DNA of 63,465 bases, the filler included, from Ionaspis alba (taxonomy: Eukaryota): NCBI GenBank assembly GCA_964255285.1. It is 8 parts of 8 records of this genome, joined end to end, with 100 filler letters (N's around TTAATTAATTAA, not from the genome) between each part and the next. Parts side by side here need not be neighbours in the genome. Positions count along the whole stretch, not along the records: positions 1 to 7,880 come from CAXUUL010000794.1; positions 7,981 to 15,855 come from CAXUUL010000795.1; 6 more parts are not named here. One strand, written 5' to 3'. The notes beneath the pieces were generated by a model. That model saw nothing but the letters and a program-made list of their open reading frames with translations, had not been told where the DNA came from and ran no database searches. The translations under genes and the position numbers were made by a program. Positions 1 to 15,955 of the stretch are shown here, piece after piece (the first letter of the stretch is position 1; every line of letters begins with the position of its first letter).

Positions 1-138
1 AAAACGAAAGAAAAATCGCTCCGACGCAGAAGAAAAAGCGTCATGTCTGCTGTCTGACTCTCTGTACAACGTAGAACATGCAACATAAGAAACGCCAGGA
101 CCCACAAGAGGAAGATTAACAGTAGCCAAGAACGGCAC

Positions 139-3130
<2,992 letters not shown>

Positions 3131-3810
3131 AGTCCCTAGTAGCCCTGTGCCCGGAGATTCAGACTGTTTGCACACAGCGCTCACGTTATGGTGATCGGTA
3201 GATATTTTTGTTGGACTAGCTTGTCATATCTCCCTCAAGCGGACTTGAAGCAAAGGTGGCAGTGCAAGAGCCCCAAATGGGAAAATGCTATAGTGGAAGG
3301 TATTGACACGGTGCAGCAGATATGGCCATCCCAAAGGAAATTCGTAAATCAGTACAGAAGCGCCGAGAATGCTGCCATAGACAGCATGAATGGAGGGATG
3401 ATGTATGAGACAGCCGTGGATCTACTGATGTATGCCGCTGCCGCACCGCACACCCCGCGAGTGGCTAGCTCGTTGCCGAATTTAGACCTCTATTTTTGCC
3501 AAGCCAAACACATTTACTATGTATTGTTTCGAGAGCGCGAATGCAAGGAATTGAAGGACGCATCGTGAATGGAGTAGATTCTAAGTAGATCAAGAACGCC
3601 AATCTCCTGTACTGGCACTCCTGTTTCCCCCGTTGGTAAGGTCTCCTAATAGTACAACGCTCTGCTTGATGCGTTTCAATCACCCGAATCCATCGTCGTA
3701 CAATCTCCTTTCCAAATCCCGCTCTCATCACGCTTACTCTCAGAGCCTGTCAGAGGACTAGCATGAGCGCAAGGCATCTATGTAGCAATGCAAGAACAGT
3801 TGGGACACGA

Positions 3811-4736
<926 letters not shown>

Positions 4737-5126
4737 GATCGCGTCCGAGAGAACTTTTGGTGATTTGATTGCGCTTCCAAGTTCCAGAAGCTTCAAAACC
4801 CCCTCAAGTTCGATAATAAACAGTAATCACCGAGAGACAGTTTTTTCGGGTATAGATTGTTAAAAGGAGCGTGGGAGTGGGAGCGGGAGTGAGGACAACA
4901 GAGACTTTTGTCCAAAAAGTGAAGCAAAGCAGGAAGCGCCTCGTAAGGGTCCGAGAAGATGAAGCTTGGCATTAGAGCTAGGGCCAATCGGCGAGAATGC
5001 TTGGCGACGCCGATGATGTCTATGTCGAAAGCAGACCATCCGGTATTGACAATATAACAGCATTATTTCATACTCTCTTCGCCCCCCAAAAATCATCTGC
5101 CACCGTCAGAAAAACCTAGAAATGCC

Positions 5127-7834
5127 ATGGCTAATGCTGCCCGAGGCGCAGAAAGCGTTATTCCAGCTCAATTGTCCTTCTTGACCCTCTACAATCCTTC
5201 CTTGGGCCGCACAGATGAGACAATCCATGATCAGGTAGTCTATTATTATTCCTCCAAGACCGGTAGAGCTCGAGTCACCCGGCGGCAGTCCGGAGGTACC
5301 TCAGCTCAACAGCAACGTGAAGAGCAAAATGAAAGGCTACGACAGATTGGCCTTGCACAGGGAATGGTGGAATTCGCAAAGTGCATCTTCCCCTGGATCT
5401 CAATTCTATGTGGCTGGCAAAGCTGAAACCGACCAACAGAGCCTTTTCAAATGGTGAAAACATAGACTCTATTGAGTCGGAGAAATCAAGGATTCTGCTA
5501 CACGAGTTGGAACCAGATTGGTGGGCACTAGCAGTAAGTCTTCGCTCAACTACCCATCGCATGTCTGATTCCCCATTTATAGTCCATCGATCTGACTCGC
5601 CTTCAAAGTACAACTCAACCCGCTGAACCTTCATCCGCTTCGAAGACCTCGAAGGTAGTGGAGGAATATTCTTCGAGGGAAGTGTGCCCACAAGCGCTAT
5701 TGCTACAACATCTCCTTCGAGCTCACTCAATATTTCTACTTCACCATGGACCATCGCTTGCTGAAATCCACGCGCGATTATCGCGCCAAAAGTTCTGCGG
5801 TGCTCTGGAACGATTCTGGAATAAATTTGTTCGGGACTGGGATGTCCTCTTGCATGGCAATCCTGCTGTGGAGATATTCAATGGTCTAAAACTTGCCGCT
5901 GGCGGTGAGCTTGGCATCGGTGTCGGTGAAGAAGAATGGGGAAGTGGGGAAAGAGAAGTTTTGGAAGGATTTGTCGAGAGGACCGAGGGGCTTGTGGATC
6001 TCGTGGTCTCGAGGTTTGGTGAGGGACCTGGTGGAGCATTCGGGGAAGCTTTGAGCAACGTTGAAACCCCCGATAGAGTCGGGAAAGAGAGCGAGGCTTC
6101 ACCTTGGCTTGGTATTGGATCACATCCCAGATCCTCAGATGGTGTTATTTTCTCTGGAATAGGAGCTATCACACGGCCATCGCTGAAGTGTGTTTCGGCT
6201 TGGAATGAATGGCTCTACAAATACGGTCGATCTGCCTACGGTGCACAGGACAATGTTCTCTCTGCTCTTCGCAAGAAAAGACGAAAAATCAACCCGTCCA
6301 ATCTCCCGTCTAATTTGAAGTACGGAAATTCCGACAAGATTAGCGAACAAACCCAGCCATCCACAAAGACTCCTGAGCTTGCTTCTGAACAGAGGGATAG
6401 TCGCAACTCTACAAACGAGAGTCCCGTCGGAATTCCCCCTCCTATTATCACAGCTGCAATCGCTACTCCTGCAACTACATCTCCACCTACTAAGAATTCG
6501 GAAGCCACGAGTCCCCCCAAAAACAGCCACAGTAGCCAAAATCTAGCTGTTCAAGACGAAGAACCATTCCCAGGTGCTGATGCTATCGTCAAATACATGA
6601 CTCTTGGAGTCTATGGCTCAAGTTGGGGATTCCCTTTGAGGAGGCCTCCAGCCCAGCAGCGGACGCCTAGCACCAGCCAGGCTAAGAAAAGTTCTACCAC
6701 TGAGCCAAGGCCACGGACTGGAAAGCATCAGAAAAGCGAAGATACAATCAGAGGCGCTTCGTCTGCAGGCGGAAAAGCTCAACCAGTGCTGGGAAGTGGC
6801 GATGGCTTCTTCCTGGTTGGCTTACAGGGCGACCTTGACAACGAAGATATCACGGAAGATGAGGATAGCAGGGTGGAAAGTGGTCCTGATCAAAAGCATG
6901 GGGCGGAGCACGAGAACTGGAATACTCGAGTGATGGTTCGGAGTCTTTATGTTGAGAGGGCAAAGCCTGACTTGCAGGCTTCTGACAGAGGGGAGGATGG
7001 TTCGTCTCCTCGATATCCTTACTGTTTCCTCAACATGCTAATAAGGCAGTTCCTGAGACTTCTCCACCGTCCGACCACTGGGAACGCACTCGTGTCGTAG
7101 TCTACGTCGTGAGCTCCCTTACTACCCAGTCCATCTCGATTTTGCTCACCCCTATGCAGCATCAACCTTTCATTTTCACCTTCATCTTTGACCTCCACAC
7201 CTCCTCACTCTCCCTACCTTCTTTTTATCACTCCCTACACCACCAATTAGGTCCTCTCCAACGCCCCCTCCTAGCATCAACTTCACCCACCCAAGTCGCT
7301 TCTCGCCTCTCCGCAGCTGCTTCGCCTAGGAGCACCGCAACCTCGTTCAACTCGCAACCTATCTACGACCTAGTCTACGACCCAACAAATCTCACCGTCC
7401 ACACCACGATCCCTAATATTCCCGAACCAGGCACCGCAGCAGCCGAGGGTCTTGGGCCCAGCGACAACCCCTGGACACGTATCGAGGCGCTGAATGTGCA
7501 CTCCCAAATTCTAAACACCTACATCTCGACACGGCGGCGCGCTTCCGAGCTCGAGCGTACCTGCAAGACCAGCCGAGGCTGGTGGGTCGTTTGGATGCGT
7601 TTGCCCCAGCTCACATCCAACCCTCCTATCTCGCACAAGGGCGCGAATGCATTTCGTGAGGCGTTTCTGGTCAGGAAGGCTAGTGATTATGTTGCGCCGA
7701 AAGCGAGGATGAAATCTGGTATGTTTGGAAGAGATGTCAGTGAGGGTAGTACATGGGGCCCAGGGAAGTTGGCAGAGGGTATTGGCATTGATCCGAGGAG
7801 GTATATTGAGGGGATTTTGAGCTTGAATCGGTAG
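5127..7834 (+). CDS. CCZ1: Vacuolar fusion protein Ccz1 (Mon1-Ccz1 GEF subunit)
   Basis: Motifs IPAQLSFLTLYNPSLG, NERLRQIGLAQGMVEFA, WGSGEREVLE, ERTCKTSRGWWVVWMR and GIDPRRYIEGILSLNR*. GT-AG introns connect the ORF segments. Confidence 0.9.
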
Positions 7835-7880
7835 CGAGGCGGTCTTCCAGTAGCTGAATGAGCAGAGGGAAATGGCGTTG

Positions 7881-7980
7881 NNNNNNNNNNNNNNNNNNNN
7901 NNNNNNNNNNNNNNNNNNNNNNNNTTAATTAATTAANNNNNNNNNNNNNNNNNNNNNNNNNNNNNNNNNNNNNNNNNNNN
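7881..7980. other. Artificial contig spacer N44-TTAATTAATTAA-N44 (also at 15856-15955, 23822-23921, 31784-31883, 39736-39835, 47664-47763, 55582-55681)
   Basis: The same 100-bp spacer with a six-frame stop linker occurs seven times, and flanking genes are often cut at it. Confidence 0.99.
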
Positions 7981-8813
7981 GCCCCTTCACCCTCCCCCGC
8001 CTGCACCAAACCTACACCTCAACCCTGCGCGCCGACCTCATGACGCTCTCCTACAACCACATCCCGCCGGGAACCCCTCGTCTGCCGACCCCACCGCGCC
8101 TCCGCAGCTGGGACGACAGCTCGCCCTACCACAAAAACCGGCCTCTGCGCGCGCCCCGGGGGAAACCCGCGCTCCCCTTGCTCCACAAACCCGTAACCTT
8201 CCGCAACGTGCCCACGCTCTCGAAAATCACCGTCAGCGCCTTGATCCCCGACGCGCAGGACGACTCCGCGTTCTTGCATGTCGGGGGTATGGTCTTGCAG
8301 GCGATTACGGGGGTGAGGGCGCGGGTGCATATTGCCAAGAAGAGTACCCATGGGGCGATGGTGAGTTTCCAGCAGAGGGCGGGGAAGCCGGTTGCCGTTA
8401 GTTGTGCGGTGGAGGGTGAGGATGCGTGGCATTTTTTGGGGAAGTTGGTGGATGTGGTGTTGCCGGGGATCAAGGAGTGGAAGGGGTGGAGAGGGAGTAG
8501 TGGGGATCGGAGTGGGAATTTGGGGACCAGGTTGGGGAGTGAGGTTGTGGGGGCTTGGCCGGAGATTGCGGTTAATTATGATGCGTGAGTTTTTTTCTTT
8601 TCTTTCTTACTCTTCTATATTGTTTTGGGGTCCGAATGGGGGAGGGCGTGAAGGAATTGTGGCGCTGACTTGGGATCTTTCTGTAGGTATCCGCCGAAGA
8701 TGATTCCGGGGGTTGATATCATTATTCATACGACGGCGACAAACGACCGAGACGCCCGGCTCCTGCTTAACTCCATGGGTATTCCCTTTTATGGGAAACA
8801 TCACCGAGGCTAG
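7981..8813 (+). CDS. MRPL7: Mitochondrial ribosomal protein uL5m (MrpL7), 5'-truncated
   Basis: LRSWDDSSPYHKNRPLRAPRG, FLGKLVDVVLPGIKEW and WPEIAVNYDA, then intron 8585-8686, then YPPKMIPGVDIIIHTTATNDRDARLLL...HRG*. Confidence 0.9.
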
Positions 8814-9384
8814 ACATCGACTCTCCACGACGCCAGGCCTAGGATTAATGACACCCCGGCCGGCCTCAACGTACATTATCTGACATCTGGATGGAGAGCA
8901 CGTGTATATCATTTGAGGAAATAGATAGACTAAGGCTGGGATGCCTTCCTTTTCAAACGATTGTTAAATAGCTCAAAGGAGCAAAAGAGTAAATAGATAC
9001 AATGTACATCATCCACCCCGATCCCCCAACACCTCATTGAAGTAAACAAGTGTACAAGTAAGCACTCGTCGTGCAAATCGTGACATAAAGAGCCATGCAA
9101 AGCCAGCCCCTTGCGCTCATCAGAACAAGCTTCCCCCAATTCCAAAGCCATCCTAGCAAATTCGTTCCAGCAACACCATTCATTTCTTCGTACCAATCTC
9201 CTGTCAAGCCGTCCGTAAAAAAAGTAATACCAAGCATCAAAGCACTTTCGAAGCCCAGCAAACTCCCGTACAGCAAAACATCTGCCTCCACATTCCTCCA
9301 CATCTTAAACACGCTATAGCCATCACCAACCTCATCTCACCACCCAACCAAGCTCCTCCCCACAAAAAGCAAAGCAAAGCAAAA

Positions 9385-12340
9385 TCAAGCAATCATCTTC
9401 AAAAACGGACTCGCCCTCAACTCCTCCGCACTCGGCCTCTTCTCAAAATCAATCTCAAACGTCCTCTCCAAAAAGCCCTTCCCCTCCTCCGACGCATTCT
9501 CCGGCGTACTCGGTTTAGCCCCACTACCCCCAATCTGGAAAATAGCCTGGAGTTGGCTACAATTCGGAAACGGATGCGTGCCCGTGAACATCTCGACGAT
9601 CAAGCACCCCAGGGACCAAATATCCGCTTTGCGGGTATACGAAGTTTGCTTGACGACTTCAGGCGCCATCCAGAACACAGACCCTTGGAGAGAAGGACGG
9701 TGGATGTGGCCTCCCTTGCTCGGATGCAGCAAAGCGGACGCTTCGACGCGTTTGGAGATGCCGAAGTCGGAGATTTTGACCTGGCCTTTGATATCCACGA
9801 GGACATTCGCGCCCTTGATATCCCGGTGTATAATATCCCGCGCATGCAAATACGCCAAGCCATCCAAGATCTGGCGGACGAAATTCCTGATCAGGGGCTC
9901 CTTCAAATGCCCGTAATTGTTCAGCATAGCCGCCACGCTGCCGCCGGGGACATACTCGAGGAAGATGTTGAAGTGGCTGTCGTCGGCGTTGGAGCCGAGG
10001 TATTGCACGATGTGGGGATGTTGTAGGTCGCGGAGGAGTTCGATTTCCCGCTTCAGGGCTGCGACCATGGCTTCTTTTCGTTTGTCGATTTCGGAGTTGG
10101 ATTTCGAGGGCATTTCGACTTGCTTGACGGCCATGAGCTCGCCGGTTATGGCGTGCAGGGCTAGGAAGACGCTGCCGAAGGAGCCTTGGCCGATGAGCGA
10201 GCCTTGCATCCATTTTACGTTGTCCCAGGCGTCGCCTTGTAGGAATTGGTCGAGTTCTTCGTCGACGCCTTCGCCGTCTTCGGCGAGGGCGGTGCGGTAT
10301 TGTTCGTTCATGGAGCCGCCGGCGTCGGTGGTGGGGTTGCTGGAGCCGGATTCGTCGAAGTAGGAGTTTAGAGGTTGAGTTTGCCCATCTGGGTCGGTGA
10401 CATTGAGCGCGGCGGAGTCGGAGCCAGACTCGAAGGAGACGTAGGATTTACGGTTGGGTTCTGTGGGCGATTCTTCCGCCAAAGGTTGCAGGCTAGTAGA
10501 GATGATGGAGTCGCGGAAGGAAGACTGCGGAAGTGCAAAGCGAGAAACGGAGAGAGGACGAGGACCGCGTGGTGGATTGGAAGCTTGGCCGGTGAGCCAT
10601 TGGTCGGCGATATTGGGGAGAGGCGGGGCGTCCTTGAGACTGGAGGCAAAGGATACATTGCTGACTATGCTGAGGCGGCTTTGGGCACGGCTAAGACGGG
10701 CAGAGCGTCGCTGGGACATGCTCACGGCTCGCTCGATTTCATCTTTCTTGTGGTCCGGGAAGTACGTCGTGAGTTCTTGACTGATCAACTCACTTGGAGG
10801 TCGAGCACCACCGAGGAACTGTTTCAGTGGCTTAGGAGCACGACGAGAATCGGTTCTCTTGGGAAGTTGCATCTCTTGTGCCGAGGAGCCGTTGTTTCGT
10901 TGACGATCATTGAAGGCACGGGTAGGGGCGTTGAAAGTCGCGGGAGATAGAGGATATTTGACTGTGTCCAAAGGCTCTCCAGTAAGCTTTTGAATCTTGA
11001 GTAGGTTTCGAGCTGTGTTGTTGGCGATTGCGTTCTGATGCGTTTCATGTAGTTCTTCTAGAGATATGCTGGCGGCCTTCCGCAGTTCATCATTGTTTGG
11101 CTCGCCCGCGTGGATTTTCCTCAGGATAAGACGTCCTCTTTCCACTCGACTCAAATCCGTGCAGATCCGCACGAGCTCTGAATCTGACAAACGCTTGCAG
11201 TTGTTGGGATCCTGGTCCACGCCATCGGTAACAAAGAAACAATAGTTCTTGACGCGATCTTCCGGCAAACCAAGTTTCCGTAACGTGGTCAAAATAATCT
11301 CGTCGGCTGTTTTACATCCTTTGATGTCAAGGACCTTCGTCTGACCGCTATTGTGGATGACACGAATGACAGGAGAACCTTGCGGTAGCTTTCCAACAGT
11401 AGAATCCATACTAGGATTCGAGCGACCGGAAACAGCAGCCTTGCTGCTTGGGTCCACGGGTGTCTCTGGCTGACGACCGAAAACAGTCTTGGCCGATGAA
11501 GGGTTGTTGAAGTAGCTTTGATTCTGCTCCCTTCTTGCACTCTCCATAGGACTCATGTTTCCATAACGATGAGCTCGTGTTCGCCCTTCAGTATCCGCGA
11601 GAGGAGAGGATGGTCGTCCATTTGCAGCCTGAGTGTAGCTGTCGAGTGCTGATGGATCGATCTGAGAAGAGTATCGACGATTTCCATGAGTACGATCTCT
11701 GGCAGTGAAGTGCCTCGGAGACCCGGATGAGGATGGAGTGTAGATCGTACGGTTGTCTAGGGCAGCGATAGAGTCTCGATTTCTCTTTTTGTGATTCCCT
11801 ATCGCTTTGTTTCTCAAGCCTTTGATTCCAACGAAGATGCGAACTCGGTCTCCGATCTTCTTGATGCCAAGCTCTTTGAGGACGGCTTGATCACATTCGA
11901 TGAGATTGCTGCCAGTGACGTTGTTGGCTAGGATAGATGTCAGCAGTGGACAACAGCAGTGCAGTTGATCGAGAGTGTCTGGAGGAAGACTAACCTTTGA
12001 AGACTTGCTCATATTGACCACAGTTGATGCTCCTCAGCCAATCTCCGACACGTTTCTCGTCCCAGGTGCTATGCCCAAGCGTCAGTCACACTTTCCAAAC
12101 ATACCCGACATAACCCTTGATGTCGACGGCCACTCACCGAACAGAATCAGGCCCATCAAAAGCTTCCGAGAATTCCGACTCGGTAGGACTGGCAAACGGA
12201 GCAGTATGCGTACTCCCAATGACTGGAGTCCTATGTGTCGGTGGATTCGAAGCATAGTCTCTGCTCGAAGTGGAAGTGATTTGTGCCGAGCCCATTCCCA
12301 TCGAAGCCGGGAAGGAAGCTTTGTGAGCCAACATCGCCAT
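9385..12340 (-). CDS. STE11: MAP kinase kinase kinase Ste11/SteC (SAM, RA, kinase)
   Basis: SAM domain (WDEKRVGDWLRSINCGQY; LKELGIKKIGDRVRI). Kinase motifs GQGSFGSV, MAVKQV, HRDIKGAN, DFG and LQGSVFWMAPE. Two 5' introns; ATG at 12340. Confidence 0.96.
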
Positions 12341-14794
12341 CACTGTGTTTGTTTCTCTTCCCCTACTTGGCCGGTGGTGTTACTTATCTTTCGATCATCG
12401 ACCTGATGTCGTGAGATTAAGCGTTCTCGTAAGATGTGGTCGAAGGAGGTGAATGTGGCCTTGTCCAAGGTAATGTCGTGCAAAGAACGAAGGTCTGTCG
12501 ATGTTCACTGCTCAAGGTGTGAAGTCTTCGACGTTGAAAAAGACAAAGACGTCGGTCGACCCAAGCTAAAAGCCCTCAAGAGCCTCAGATCAGCAGGCCA
12601 CAAGCACGTAGCTAGCTCGTTTCGTAAGCAAAGACCTTTTCTATGCCCAAAGCAGCAAGAAAAAGCCGTCCAGCTTCCCAAAGATCGTAGCTTAGTGGAC
12701 TGCCTCTACGAGAAGAGAAGAGTCAGTGCAGAAGCGAAAGGATAGGCGTAAGCGTAGAAGCGACAGTAAGTCAAGTGCCCAAAGGATCGTGGGGTGTATT
12801 TGAGCGAGAAGGGCGCGGATGAGAGAGTGAGAGCGGCGCTTGGAAGGGGTTGAAACGCGAGATGAGGTCAATTCAGGGTGTTGGTGGCATTGAGGTGGTG
12901 GGTTGAGCTATTCTTGTGGGCAGTAGTAGCGACGAGGCAAAAGATTTGTTTAGCAGGCAGCGGGAAGGATGGAAGTAGGTGCGACCGAGATCCGGAGGGA
13001 TGTTTTGCGTTGTTTGAATGACGATTTGGGTGATGGATAGGTTAGATCGTGAACCTGGATTCTGTTGGTGGTGATGATGATGATATAGTAGTTGGAGAAG
13101 ATGCTGTCCGTAAGGCCCACGGGTGGTATTGGAGTGATGGTTGGTGTGAAGGATAAATCACCACGTTTTTCGTTTCAGGCCCGGGTGAGGAAGGAGTGAC
13201 TGTAGTAGTATGTTAGAGGTGATGATAAGGGTCCGTTCAGCTGCCACTGCCTGAGCACTGCAGACAGCAACAACAGCTCTCTCTCTCTGTCCGTATTATT
13301 ATACTAGAGTGGTCGCAGTAGAATGAGAAGAGGAGTGAGTGATAGTGGTAGTAGACAAGTGGAGAGAGGTGGGAGTATCTCCTTGTCTCTTTCTCCACTG
13401 ACACACCTACTGTACAGTCTCTCTCGCGCCTCTCACTCCTGACCAACAAAGAAAAACGTGAGTGGTCAACCTTCCGGTGTATGGCTGACCCGCTTCTCGG
13501 TTTTGCTCCACGACCTGTCCCATACAGCCAATCATCAGTCAGTTCAGCGCTCAAGCTACGTTTCACTGCCCCGTCCCCGCTAAGCCCAAGTACTGCCCGC
13601 CGCTACTTCTCCCGTGATCAGCCATAATTCACGCATAAAGAGGAGGATTATTAATGTTGCTGCTTTTCACCAACATTGGAGTTATTCCTGCAGCGTACTT
13701 GTCCACTCCACGAGAAGGAACCTTTGTTGTAACGCACGTCAGGTCGATGTCATACCTCTAAATCCTCCTATCCATCATTCGAAGTTGCTGACATCACGTG
13801 AAGATGTATGCAGTTACACTTCACAATCAATCTGCTTATCTCTGAAATTACAGCCAAGTTCCAGCATCATCTCCAATGCAACCACCCTTTCAAGCACCTC
13901 CAGGGATTAATATGCTCCCCCAGATACATACATGAGATGACAGCATCTAATTGATGTACCCCTCCACCCCTGATTATCCTCCTCGTGACCTACAGACAGA
14001 CAGACAGCAGGCAGCAACCAGCACATCGGAGCATTTGGATCTAACAAGCATGCATCCAACAGCTTCTCTGCCTGCATAGAGCAATGCATCGACCACACGG
14101 AGGAAACCGATCAGCACCCATCCCTTCTCCTGATAGGTCTATCCTACCTATCCAAACAGGCGATCTTGTTTTGACTTGCATGTATGCTGCAGGAGAAGAT
14201 AGCTCGGAGTTACTGGTAGTGTGCATCCGGGTACAACAGTGTGGGGAAGGAACTGTTGTTTGTGACATGACTTTATCTGTGAACTTTCCTGGGGTTTAAC
14301 ATATTATGACGTTGTATCTGTTGGGAAATTCGTTCATAGAGTTGGAACAGCAGCAAATGTCTTAGCTACGAACGGGCTGTCCTGCAGCGCGGTTGTGTTA
14401 GAGGCTCACAGGCTGGCTCTCGGCGAGCGTTTCGATGATTGGGATCAACATCGTGCATCTGTTGACGATCAACGTTAATGAGAAGAAGTGGTTTTTTTTT
14501 GAAACACTTCCAAGAATTAGAGGGAGAGTTGGACGGCTTGCATACCATACTTTGTATGATCAACAATAACAACGACTGGGGGAAGCACCATCGCGGAAGC
14601 AGGTAGAGCATCGGCTTCTAACTCAACCGTGAAGATAACAAATACCAGCAGATCCGTAGGATCATGATACTATGATGTAATCCCTCCTCCTTTATCCCGT
14701 CTGTGCTCATCCCATGCCGATTCCCAAGACATCTCTCTTCCGGCCTCGCACAGAAGTAAGTCCCGTCTCAATCCTCCAAAAGAGACCTCCCTTT

Positions 14795-15855
14795 TTAAAC
14801 GTCCTCCCCACTAGCTTTACCCGATCTCCGCCCTCCCTTGAAATGCTTCTTCCCATTCCCCACCCTCACCTCCAAGGGATCCACGTTCCTCTCCAATGCA
14901 ACCATCACCCTCTGTTTTCTCCCCGTCAATTGCCTCCCTGATCCCGCGGCCCCTTGCTCGCTGTACTTGTAATTAAATGGCATCGTCAACCGTCCCGCAC
15001 TCGCCTGCCCGGGACCAAAGAATCGCTTATCGATCCTCCTCGACTTATCCCCCTGCACCAATGGCACAATATCCGATTCCGCGTCGTCACCACCAGCTAA
15101 GGAGGCCTCATCGGTATCGAAATGAGAGGTGGTCTTAAAAGCACCTCGCCTTTTCAGCGGCAAATGCTCCAGATCATAAAGCTCGCGATTGAACTCAGCT
15201 GCATCGAACGGCGGATCACAGGGCGGGGGGTGGCAAAACAGGAGCTTGCCGCTGACATAGTCCTTGAGTATATATCTCGCCGCCCTCGACTCATCCGGCT
15301 GGCCCTGCCCCGTCTTCGCAAACCCCCTCGCAACCGCATACGCCACCAAAATCTCCTCCGCAGTCGGGACTCCCGTTCCCCCCTCCTCAATCGGGCGCAT
15401 CTGCACCTTGACCCCATAAACCGCCTCGAAAAACCCCACCGGGATCCTCTTCGCGACCAAGCCCGCCGGGCCCGTGAACTCCCGCAGTTGGTCAATGGGC
15501 AGGATGCCATTGACCACGAGCTCGGCTTTTGTGCTCGCGAAGTTGGGGAATACGAGCCCCGGACAGTCGCAGAGGAGGACGGAGGGGCTCAGGTGGATGG
15601 TTTGGAAGTGCTTTGTTTTGCCCGGCGTGGAGGAGACGGAGACTTTTTTGGAGCCGATGAGGGCGTTGATGGTGGAGGATTTGCCAACGTTGGGGTAGCC
15701 TACTAGGCCGATTTGCGTTTTCTGGTGGGGGGTGGAGGGCGTGTTCCCGTTTGGGCGGGACGGGGCCGGGGCCGCACTTGGGGACCGCCGGGGTTTGGCG
15801 GGGCGGCCGTAGCTCACACGCGAGCGTCGAGCGGCACGAAGTCCCGCTTGGTCGG
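14795..15855 (-). CDS. LSG1: 60S export GTPase Lsg1, C-terminal part (5'-truncated)
   Basis: IGLVGYPNVGKSSTIN (G1), STPGKTKHFQT, LCDCPGLVFP and DESRAARYILKDYVSGKLL. Confidence 0.93.
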
Positions 15856-15955
15856 NNNNNNNNNNNNNNNNNNNNNNNNNNNNNNNNNNNNNNNNNNNNT
15901 TAATTAATTAANNNNNNNNNNNNNNNNNNNNNNNNNNNNNNNNNNNNNNNNNNNN

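Noticed and set aside
7925..7936. TTAATTAATTAA recurring about every 7.9 kb as a biological periodic repeat
   Set aside because: It is always embedded in N runs and is a six-frame stop linker added during concatenation.
13277..14008. Short (CT)n and (ACAG)n microsatellites
   Set aside because: Ordinary low-copy simple repeats.
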